Shown here piece after piece: positions 40,538 through 48,310 of a DNA stretch of 64,000 nt. Every line of letters starts with the position of its first letter. Within the stretch, counting starts at the first letter, position 1. This DNA is from Acidiferrobacteraceae bacterium (lineage in GTDB: Bacteria; Pseudomonadota; Gammaproteobacteria; Acidiferrobacterales; SZUA-150). Both the position numbers and the translations under genes were made by a program. The stretch covers positions 13,090-77,089 of the forward strand of contig QIGL01000052.1 in NCBI GenBank assembly GCA_003228915.1, read 5' to 3'. The notes under the pieces are model-generated. The model worked only from the letters and a program-made list of their open reading frames with translations, was not told where the DNA came from and searched no databases.

Positions 40538-40683
40538 AGGTTTAGGTAAGCCCGTTAATGGTAGCGGGCGCTATATGTAAAGATATCGACGAAGTTCTCC
40601 GCACCAATAGACAGTCAACCGAAGAGATAAGCAGGCATATAAACGAACTTCGGTGCCAATTCAAGAAACCTACACCTTAGTGC

Positions 40684-40712
40684 TTGACATGTGTCTAACA
40701 CACACTTTCTAT
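40684..40712 (+). promoter_or_regulatory. Sigma-70 promoter with embedded TGTGT-N3-ACACA box (copy 2), upstream of the YVTN gene
   Basis: TTGACA TGTGTCTAACACACACT TTCTAT, 17-nt spacer. About 295 nt upstream of ATG 41008. Confidence 0.5.
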
Positions 40713-41007
40713 CTTTGAAAACACAGGAAACCAGCTGAAACAGACAATACTAGTATAGTGGTTTGTTCGCGGTGATAAGTGCTTTGCAGTTGCCACCGTA
40801 ACCGGGGTTTTTACATATATAAATTGGATATACCAAAAAATCCTCTGGAAAACTACTGGTTGTGGTTGTTGTAATAACAGTAACGAATATTAGTAATGGA
40901 TGATCCTGATCAGAGCGTGTAGCAACGATGTCATATGCGAAGCTGGATTCTGCCTGTAAATAACTCATTCGCTCGTTCATAGTTTCGATAACAACGGAGA
41001 TGAAGTA

Positions 41008-42135
41008 ATGAATAAAAATTTAATTTTGTTTTTCAGTATTATCATGGCGGGAACATTTTTTGCCGGCTCCCTCCCGGCTGTGGCAGGGAAAAAATCAGAT
41101 GAAGCAACGATTCTTTATATCACTAACGAAGGAAGTAACACGCTCTCGATAATAGATGGAGAAAAATATAAAGTTATCACAACAATACCGGTGGGCAAAA
41201 CCCCCCACCATCCATGGCTAGTGCCGGGAGGCAAGTATGTGTTTACCGATAACAGGGGGGAGAATACCTTGTCGGTAGTTGATGTAAAAGCCGGCAAAAC
41301 AATTAAAACCATCACCGTAGGTAACGCCCCCACTCATATAGTGTTTACGCCAGATGGAAAATATGCCTATGTGGCCAATACCAAAGATAAAACTACCTCG
41401 GTAATCGATCTTGCTGAACTCGAGGTCGCTGCCACTATTACAACCGGTGGCGGCTCACACGATCCTGCCATCACCCCGGATGGCAAGTTTGTCTATGTCA
41501 CTGCCAGGAAACCTGGCCATGTGGCAGTGATCGACACGTCCACGAATAAGGTCATTAAGAAAATATCCACGGGTGGAAAAGCGAATGGCGTGCGTATGAC
41601 AAAGGATGGCAAGTTTGTCTGGGTGGGTAATACCAAGGCCGGAACCGTATCCGTTATCGATACCGCGAAAAATAAGGTGGTCGCCACAATCAAGTCCGGT
41701 GCCGGAACCCATAACATCCGTTTTTCACCAGACGGTAAATATGCCTACGTCGGCAATATGAAAGATGGCAACCACGCAGTGATCAACACGGCCACATATA
41801 AGGTCGTTACACGAATACCGACTGGCAAAGGTGCAAACATCGCCTATTTCCATCCAAACGGTAAATACATCTATTTCTCCATTAACAAAGCCAATGAGAT
41901 CCCGGTAGTAGATGCTAAAACCAACAAGATAATTACGAAGATTCCAATCGGTGAAGGTGGTACGCACAACCTGGCCTTTGTGGATGGTGGCAAGTTCCTC
42001 TACGCCACCAGTTGGTTCGGTGAATATATCCTTGTGATTGATACCAGGAAAAATAAAGTTATCAAAGAGATACCGGCGATGTTCTCCAACGGCATAAAAG
42101 TAAAAGGCGCAACACCAGCGACCGGCAGGGGATGA
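41008..42135 (+). CDS. YVTN-family beta-propeller repeat protein, secreted
   Basis: Signal peptide (FFAGSLPAVAG). About 8 repeats of ~40 aa of the form Y-V-x-N-x-x-x-x-T-(L/V)-S-V-I-D...I-x-V-G-x-x-P-x-x-(I/V)-x-x-(T/S)-P-D-G-K. Confidence 0.85.
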   Translation: MNKNLILFFSIIMAGTFFAGSLPAVAGKKSDEATILYITNEGSNTLSIIDGEKYKVITTIPVGKTPHHPWLVPGGKYVFTDNRGENTLSVVDVKAGKTIKTITVGNAPTHIVFTPDGKYAYVANTKDKTTSVIDLAELEVAATITTGGGSHDPAITPDGKFVYVTARKPGHVAVIDTSTNKVIKKISTGGKANGVRMTKDGKFVWVGNTKAGTVSVIDTAKNKVVATIKSGAGTHNIRFSPDGKYAYVGNMKDGNHAVINTATYKVVTRIPTGKGANIAYFHPNGKYIYFSINKANEIPVVDAKTNKIITKIPIGEGGTHNLAFVDGGKFLYATSWFGEYILVIDTRKNKVIKEIPAMFSNGIKVKGATPATGRG

Positions 42136-42143
42136 ATGATACG

Positions 42144-42171
42144 GGAGCAGCCGTTTAACAGCGGCTGCTCC
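42144..42171 (+). terminator. 10-bp stem hairpin after the YVTN gene (no T tail)
   Basis: Stem ggagcagccg, loop TTTAACAG, stem cggctgctcc. Confidence 0.35.
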
Positions 42172-42297
42172 ACCCAATTGGTTATTTGGTTAAGCTAGAC
42201 AGACGAAGGCAGCGTTTAATTTATTGCCGATTTTGATGTCTCACATGGAGTTATAAATCACAGAAAAAAAGTGTTAACATATTCCAACAAACCCGGC

Positions 42298-42416
42298 CGT
42301 GCCCTGTTCGGGGGTAACTGTCGTGCCCTGTTCGGGGGTAACTGTCGTGCCCTGTTCGGGGGTAACTGTGGGCGCCACCTGGCAAGGACTATCGGCGCCA
42401 CCTGACAAGGAATATT
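42298..42416 (+). repeat. Two back-to-back tandem repeat arrays immediately upstream of the exporter start codon
   Basis: cgtgccctgttcgggggtaactgt x3, perfect, 24 bp (42298..42369). Then ggcgccacctggcaaggactatc / ggcgccacctgacaaggaatatt, 23 bp x2 (42371..42416). The ATG is at 42420. Confidence 0.9.
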
Positions 42417-42419
42417 GTT

Positions 42420-44771
42420 ATGCGAAAGCTGGTCGAACAATATGTCCCGGGTTATACTCGCTGGATTATACGCTGGCGCTGGCTGGTAGTAGTTGCAAGC
42501 CTGATTGCGGTGGCAGCAGCGGGTTATGGTTTGCGTAATTTTGCATTCACTGCTGATTACAAAGTCTATTTCGGAAAAGACAATCCCGAGCTCATTACTT
42601 TTCAAAAATTCGAGAACACTTATACCAATACCGAGAATATCCTTTTTGTCCTTCAGCCCAGGGATAAAAATATTTTCACCCGCGAGACCCTGGAGATTGT
42701 CAAGCAACTGACCGAAAAGGCCTGGCAAATTCCTTATGCCATTCGTGTCGACTCGCTTACCAATTACCAGCATACCGAGGCCAAGGGCGATGATCTGACC
42801 GTGGCTGACCTGGTGGCAGAACCACAAGCACTGAAGGCTGCCGACCTGGACAGGATCAGGGCCGTGGCACTTGAAGAGCCAGCCCTGGTAGGGCGCATGA
42901 TCGCGGCAGATGGCGCCACCACCGGTATCTCGGTGACCTTACAGTTTCCTGGCACAGACCATACTGGACATTTACCCAAGGCAGTGGCCTACGCAGAAAA
43001 AATTACGGCGGAGTTGCGTATAACCCATCCTGATCTGAGAGTGGCCCTCACTGGCGTTTCAATCTTCAGTGCAGCGGAAATCCAGGTTAGTGAATCGGAT
43101 TCATACGTCCTGGTGCCAGTAATGTACGGCCTGATGATTACGTTATTGTTGGTACTTTTGCGCTCGGTTTCCGGTACCGTGACAACACTGCTTGTGGTCA
43201 GCTTGTCGGTCATTACTGCCCTGGGGCTCATGTCCTGGACAGGTCTCAAGATGAATGCATCGACGGCACTGGCGCCGATTATTATTCTTACTCTCGCTAT
43301 TGCCGACAGTGTCCACATCTTGCTGACCACCTTCGACGAAGTGCGTGCTGGCCGCTCGAAAAATGAAGCCCTGGTAGAAAGTTTGAGCATTAATGCGGAG
43401 CCGGTGTTTTTGACCATGTTAACGACAGGCATCGGTTTTTTTAGCCTCAATTTTTCTGACTCACCGCCGTTTAATGATCTTGGTAATATCACCGCTATCG
43501 GGGTTATTGCCGCCTGGATATTCTCCATGACTTTTCTGCCCGCGTTAATGTCGATCCTGCCATTGCGACTACGACCGAAAACAGGTGAACGACGCCTGGC
43601 CATGGATCGTTTCGGCGATTTCGTGGTTAGTCGTCGCGTGCCCTTGTTTTGGAGCATGATGATAGCCAGCATTGTCATTATCGCCTTCATTCCTCGCCTT
43701 GAACTGGATGACCGTTTTATCCAGTGGTTTGATGAAAGCATTCCGTTTCGTGTCGATACGGATTTTGCCACTGCTAATCTTACGGGCCCTTATACGCTGG
43801 AGTATTCCATCGACTCCGGCGAGGCTGGTGGTATTTCTGAGCCCGAATACTTGCAACGACTGGAGACTTTTACCATCTGGTTGCGAGCACAGCCCGAGAT
43901 TACCCACGTCAATAGTTTCACTGATGTAATAAAGCGGCTCAACAAGTCCATGCATGGCGATGACCCCGGTTGGTACCGGTTACCTGATAAGCGGGAACTG
44001 GCCGCACAATATTTATTATTGTATGAAATGTCTCTGCCCTATGGTCTTGATCTCAATAGCCAGATTGATCTGGGTAAATCGGCAACACGGTTAACGGTGA
44101 CCCTGGATACTATCCCGCAGAAAAATATTATCGAGGTAATAAAGCGCAGCGAATCATGGCTGTCGGATAACATGCCACCGGCCATGCAGGCAAGGGCGAC
44201 AGGCACCATTGTCATGTTCGTGAATCTTGCGATCCGAAATATTTACAGCATGTTGGGCGGCACGATCCTGGCTTTTGTATTGATTTCCTTAACGCTGATA
44301 TTTGCCCTACGTAGCATTCGCCTGGGCTTGATAAGCCTGATCCCCAACTTTTTGCCGGTGTTAATCACCTTTGGTTTATGGGCAATTTTCGTTGGCGAGA
44401 TTGGGCTCATTGCCTCTATGATTACCGCTACCAGCATGGGACTCATTGTCGATGATACGGTCCACATACTTAGCAAGTACCGGCGCGCAAAACACGCGCA
44501 AAACCTTGGTACCCACGATGCAATTCGTTACAGCTTTTCCCATGTGGGTAAGGCCCTCTGGGTAACCACTTTGATAATGATTGCCGGATTTATTGTGTTG
44601 GCCTTTTCCAGTTACAAGCTAAATGTCGAAATGGGTATACTGACTGTCATGGCCGTTGGTGTAGCCTTGGCCATGGATTTCCTGCTATTACCCTCTTTAT
44701 TAATGTTTATGGATAAAGACAAACAATGTAACTGTGTCACTTGTCGGGAGAAACATCTTGCTACAACATGA
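42420..44771 (+). CDS. MMPL/RND-superfamily exporter (12-TM, two large periplasmic loops)
   Basis: 783 aa. Two homologous halves, each with a TM bundle carrying an SSD-like segment (ILTLAIADSVHIL and MGLIVDDTVHILSKY). Confidence 0.85.
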   Translation: MRKLVEQYVPGYTRWIIRWRWLVVVASLIAVAAAGYGLRNFAFTADYKVYFGKDNPELITFQKFENTYTNTENILFVLQPRDKNIFTRETLEIVKQLTEKAWQIPYAIRVDSLTNYQHTEAKGDDLTVADLVAEPQALKAADLDRIRAVALEEPALVGRMIAADGATTGISVTLQFPGTDHTGHLPKAVAYAEKITAELRITHPDLRVALTGVSIFSAAEIQVSESDSYVLVPVMYGLMITLLLVLLRSVSGTVTTLLVVSLSVITALGLMSWTGLKMNASTALAPIIILTLAIADSVHILLTTFDEVRAGRSKNEALVESLSINAEPVFLTMLTTGIGFFSLNFSDSPPFNDLGNITAIGVIAAWIFSMTFLPALMSILPLRLRPKTGERRLAMDRFGDFVVSRRVPLFWSMMIASIVIIAFIPRLELDDRFIQWFDESIPFRVDTDFATANLTGPYTLEYSIDSGEAGGISEPEYLQRLETFTIWLRAQPEITHVNSFTDVIKRLNKSMHGDDPGWYRLPDKRELAAQYLLLYEMSLPYGLDLNSQIDLGKSATRLTVTLDTIPQKNIIEVIKRSESWLSDNMPPAMQARATGTIVMFVNLAIRNIYSMLGGTILAFVLISLTLIFALRSIRLGLISLIPNFLPVLITFGLWAIFVGEIGLIASMITATSMGLIVDDTVHILSKYRRAKHAQNLGTHDAIRYSFSHVGKALWVTTLIMIAGFIVLAFSSYKLNVEMGILTVMAVGVALAMDFLLLPSLLMFMDKDKQCNCVTCREKHLATT

Positions 44772-44796
44772 TCAAATCATAAGGAGGGTGCCAGTT

Positions 44797-45600
44797 ATGA
44801 ATAAAATAATTCTGGCGCTTGTTATTGCATCTGTAGTGTCTGTGCTGATCCCGGTATCGGTATCGGCTGCCGAGGATCCCGTGGTTAAAGGCGAAGCAAT
44901 TGCTCGCGAATGGGACCGTCGTGATCGCGGATACGGTGATACCAGCGCGAATATGAAAATGATTCTGGAAAACCGCCAGGGGCAAACCAGTGAACGGAAA
45001 ATGCGCATATTCTTCCTTGAAATGCCAAACGAAAATGATGGCGACAAGTCCATGGTGGTATTTGATTATCCCCGCGATATCAAGGGCACGGCATTGCTCA
45101 GTTATTCACATATCCTCAAGCCTGATGATCAGTGGCTCTATCTTCCGGCTTTGAAGCGCGTGAAGCGTATTTCTTCCAACAACAAATCCGGTCCCTTCAT
45201 GGGTAGCGAGTTCGCATACGAGGACATCAGTTCCCAGGAGCTGAAGAAATACAGTTATAAATGGCTGCGTGATGAACCTTGCGGCAAGTCTGATTGTTTT
45301 GTACTGGAACAACGTCCGTTGTATGAGAATTCCGGTTATACCCGTCAAGTTGCCTGGTATGACAAGGAGGCATATCGCCTGCAGCGCATAGACTACTACG
45401 ACCGCAGGAATGCGTTGCTGAAAACACTTGGTTTTAGCAAGTACCAAAAACATTTGGATAAATACTGGCGTGCCCATGACATGTATATGGTCAATAAACA
45501 AACGGGGAAAAAAACCAGGCTGGTTTATGAAAATCTTAAATTTAAAAGTGGACTGACAGACAAGGACTTCACGCAAAGCCGTCTGAAACGTATGCGCTGA
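44797..45600 (+). CDS. Outer-membrane lipoprotein-sorting (LolA-like) protein, secreted
   Basis: AAGGAGGG RBS. ATG lies 25 nt after the exporter stop. Signal peptide (VLIPVSVSA/AEDP). The body resembles the LolA-like family commonly found next to MMPL exporters (recognition from memory). The ORF is open from 44734. Confidence 0.65.
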   Translation: MNKIILALVIASVVSVLIPVSVSAAEDPVVKGEAIAREWDRRDRGYGDTSANMKMILENRQGQTSERKMRIFFLEMPNENDGDKSMVVFDYPRDIKGTALLSYSHILKPDDQWLYLPALKRVKRISSNNKSGPFMGSEFAYEDISSQELKKYSYKWLRDEPCGKSDCFVLEQRPLYENSGYTRQVAWYDKEAYRLQRIDYYDRRNALLKTLGFSKYQKHLDKYWRAHDMYMVNKQTGKKTRLVYENLKFKSGLTDKDFTQSRLKRMR

Positions 45601-45610
45601 TATTTAATCT

Positions 45611-46879
45611 ATGACCCCGCTGATGAGGCCCGCGATATATTTATTAACTATTCTGGCAACAATACTGGCCGTTCTGTCAAAATCAGCCATGGCGCTGGAG
45701 TTCGCCGGTTGGGCTGAGCTGGAGGGCAAAACCTTTCAATACGAGCCGCTCTACGAAGGGCAACAGCAGAACAGCGCTTCGGCTGCTATTCAGCCTGAAA
45801 TTTATCAGGAGTGGGCCGGCGGGAATGCGTTTACCTTTGTTCCTTTTTACCGTTATGACAGTGCCGACGATCAACGAACCCACTTTGATATCAGGGAAGC
45901 CATGTTGCTTTTGCCATGGGAAAACTACGAACTCAGGCTCGGTCTTGGTAAGGTGTTTTGGGGTGTGACGGAAGCGAGCCATCTCGTCGATATTATCAAT
46001 CAAACTGACCTGGTGGAGTCTCTCGACGGGGAAGAAAAACTGGGCCAGCCAATGGTTAACCTTACGTTATTGGCTCAACAGGAAACACTGGGCGTCCTGG
46101 ATTTTTTTGTGCTTCCCTATTTTCGTGAACGGACGTTTCCAGGGCGCGGCGGTCGTTTACGGTTTGATCCTTATATTGATATTGATAATGGGGTTGAATA
46201 CGAAAATAGTGCCAGGCAGGGCCATGTCGATTACGCATTGCGTTACAGCAACACCATTGACAAACTGGACGTAGGAATTTCCTATTTTTACGGGACAACC
46301 CGGGAGCCTGCCTATTTACCGAAGTTCGATGCCAATGGCATCCTGAGCATTATTCCATTTTATGAAATCATCAGCCAGACGGGCCTTGATTTGCAATATG
46401 CTGGTGGTGCCTGGTTATGGAAACTGGAGACTATTTATCGCAGTGGTAACGAAGACGGTAGTTTTTATGCTACTGACGCTGGTGTTGAATATACATTTTC
46501 AGGGACTGGTTTGTCTGGTATGGATCTTGGCCTAATCCTGGAATATTTGTATGACAGCCGTGATTTTGATGTCGACCCTGCAGTACTTATCGCCAGCGGT
46601 TATATTGGCAGCCAGTTTAATACTTTTCTTGATAATGACTACATGATTGGATTACGCCTGGCGTTTAATGACGAGGCCTCGTCCGAGATTCTGACAGGAG
46701 TGATACAGGACATTGACAACCATGCCTCGATATTTCAGCTGGAAGCTAGCCGCAGAATTGGTGACAGCTTAAAAGCAGAATTGGATGCCTATGTATTTAT
46801 GGATACAAGCAAAGACCCGTTGTTGGATTTTCTGCGTAAGGACAGTTTCGTCCAGTTGGCACTGAAGTATTATTTCTAA
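45611..46879 (+). CDS. Putative outer-membrane beta-barrel protein
   Basis: Starts 10 nt after the upstream stop. Signal peptide (AVLSKSAMA/LE), alternating strands, C-terminal LALKYYF. Confidence 0.6.
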   Translation: MTPLMRPAIYLLTILATILAVLSKSAMALEFAGWAELEGKTFQYEPLYEGQQQNSASAAIQPEIYQEWAGGNAFTFVPFYRYDSADDQRTHFDIREAMLLLPWENYELRLGLGKVFWGVTEASHLVDIINQTDLVESLDGEEKLGQPMVNLTLLAQQETLGVLDFFVLPYFRERTFPGRGGRLRFDPYIDIDNGVEYENSARQGHVDYALRYSNTIDKLDVGISYFYGTTREPAYLPKFDANGILSIIPFYEIISQTGLDLQYAGGAWLWKLETIYRSGNEDGSFYATDAGVEYTFSGTGLSGMDLGLILEYLYDSRDFDVDPAVLIASGYIGSQFNTFLDNDYMIGLRLAFNDEASSEILTGVIQDIDNHASIFQLEASRRIGDSLKAELDAYVFMDTSKDPLLDFLRKDSFVQLALKYYF

Positions 46880-46908
46880 AGAGAAAATATCGTATTGGCA
46901 AGCACGAC

Positions 46909-46937
46909 TTGACATGTCACTGACACGTATCTTTTAA
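46909..46937 (+). promoter_or_regulatory. Sigma-70 promoter with a related dyad box (copy 3), upstream of the small metal-motif genes
   Basis: TTGACA TGTCACTGACACGTATC TTTTAA, 17-nt spacer. The dyad is TGTCA-C-TGACA, a weaker match to the TGTGT-N3-ACACA box. Confidence 0.4.
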
Positions 46938-47025
46938 AATCACCTCGTAAGTTTAATATCAAAGAGCGGAATTGTGAGAATGCTGCCGGGTGTGGTTATG
47001 ATTGGTGGAATTTTAGGAGAAAGTA

Positions 47026-47172
47026 ATGGAGTGGCTAACGGAAAACTGGATCTGGGTGCTGGTCGGTCTGGCGTTTTTTGCCCTGCATTTACTGGGTCAT
47101 GGTCGTCACGGTGGTCATGGAAAAAGCGATAAACAGGATAAACCGGGCAAGCAACCAGAACACCGGGATTAA
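47026..47172 (+). CDS. Small His-rich membrane protein (48 aa, DUF2933-like); below the ORF-track size cutoff
   Basis: AGGAGA RBS 6 nt upstream of the ATG. My translation: MEWLTENWIWVLVGLAFFALHLLGHGRHGGHGKSDKQDKPGKQPEHRD. One TM helix plus an HGxHGGHG tail. Confidence 0.6.
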   Translation: MEWLTENWIWVLVGLAFFALHLLGHGRHGGHGKSDKQDKPGKQPEHRD

Positions 47173-47251
47173 CCAAAGCATGTAGTGAGCACATAGTAAT
47201 GGAGACCGGCTTCACCACATTATTATACCGGGAACCATCAAGGAGAAAGTC

Positions 47252-47425
47252 ATGAAAACACAAAACAGTGAACACGAACAGAACCAAAAGGATCCAGTCT
47301 GCGGTATGGATGTCAGTCACGCTGCAGTTAGTGAAGAATTCAAATACCGGGATAAAACCTACTACTTTTGTTCCGGGGCCTGTCGGGAGACGTTTGAGAA
47401 GGAACCTGAGAAATACATTCATTAA
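47252..47425 (+). CDS. YHS-domain protein (57 aa); below the ORF-track size cutoff
   Basis: AGGAGA RBS 6 nt upstream of the ATG. My translation: MKTQNSEHEQNQKDPVCGMDVSHAAVSEEFKYRDKTYYFCSGACRETFEKEPEKYIH. It matches the YHS/TRASH pattern DPVCGM...Y-x-x-x-x-YYFCS-x-x-C-x-x-x-F. Confidence 0.8.
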   Translation: MKTQNSEHEQNQKDPVCGMDVSHAAVSEEFKYRDKTYYFCSGACRETFEKEPEKYIH

Positions 47426-47670
47426 CCCGTAAGTCGTTATCCTGACAAGAAATCAGCAGAACTAGTGTTGACAGGCCGTGAGCTGTGGTCTGCAGGCTGT
47501 TGTTTGAGTCGAGCCCACAAATATTACCATGATATTCCCATTCCGTAGCAGGAATGCATGGCTGGTATTGGTTGCAAGTATCCGAAATAGTGTATAGTCC
47601 GGTTGCAACGGCTTGTTAATACATCATGTTCAACTCAAACAATAAAGTTAATAAGACAATGGAAGGCATA

Positions 47671-48201
47671 ATGAAGAAAAATATTTTTTACCTGATCCTG
47701 TTCAGTTTTTCATTGCTGGCAGCTTGCTCAACGACCCCTACAGACGATATTAAAGTTGAAGCAGCGGCCGACGAGGATGTTAATTTTAGTAATTATAAAT
47801 CCTACGCCTGGGCAGGGGCGGTAGGTATTCTAAATGACCCGGAAGGAAAGTGGAAACAGCCCAATTTTGACATTGATAAAGAGATACAGTTCTTAATGGA
47901 CCGGGAATTCAGAAAAAATGGGTTAACCGAAAATTCCAGTAAACCTGATATGCTCGTTGCCTATGCTCTGGGTGTTGACATGTCTGCACTCAAGCTTAAA
48001 GATGATCCGAATACGAAGACATCAATGCTCAAGAATATCCCAAAAGGCGCTTTAATCATAATTCTTATTGATGCAAAGACGGGTTATGCCATGTGGGTTG
48101 GCCAGGTAAGTGCGCAAATTAAACAAAGTCCAGATATGAAAATTGTTAAAGCACGGCTGGATTATGCAATAACTGAAGTAATGAAAAAAATACCGAAGTA
48201 G
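47671..48201 (+). CDS. Lipoprotein (DUF4136-like)
   Basis: Lipobox LLAACS from the internal ATG 47671 (the ORF is open from 47626). The DUF4136 assignment is from memory of the family. Confidence 0.6.
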   Translation: MKKNIFYLILFSFSLLAACSTTPTDDIKVEAAADEDVNFSNYKSYAWAGAVGILNDPEGKWKQPNFDIDKEIQFLMDREFRKNGLTENSSKPDMLVAYALGVDMSALKLKDDPNTKTSMLKNIPKGALIIILIDAKTGYAMWVGQVSAQIKQSPDMKIVKARLDYAITEVMKKIPK

Positions 48202-48231
48202 TATTTGCAGGATAATTTTATTTCAATTTTA

Positions 48232-48266
48232 AAAACCCCGCTATGCGACTGTATAGCGGGGTTTTT
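48232..48266. terminator. Bidirectional Rho-independent terminator between convergent genes
   Basis: aaaaccccgctat, 8-nt loop, atagcggggttttt. A-run on one side, T-run on the other. Confidence 0.8.
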
Positions 48267-48310
48267 AATGCGCGGTTATAATTTAAAAATTAAAATTCTT
48301 AAAAATATCC

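Noticed and set aside
40750-40980. 76-aa minus-strand ORF in the long YVTN leader
   Set aside because: It has no RBS, contains a TTTTT run and odd composition, and would be transcribed against the box-2 promoter. It is kept only as part of the note on the unexplained 532-bp interval.
42298-42416. Possible CRISPR array
   Set aside because: The repeats are directly adjacent with no spacers, there are only 3 plus 2 units, and there are no cas genes in the window.
42258-42827. 189-aa minus-strand ORF containing PPNRARQL x3
   Set aside because: The peptide repeat is simply the reverse translation of the 24-bp DNA tandem repeat. The rest is antisense to the 5' end of the MMPL exporter gene.
46940-47422. 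160-aa minus-strand ORF listed in the ORF track
   Set aside because: The translation is low-complexity and has no Shine-Dalgarno sequence. It lies exactly antisense to two short plus-strand ORFs that have strong RBSs, a promoter and recognisable motifs (YHS and a His-rich TM peptide). Treated as a shadow ORF.
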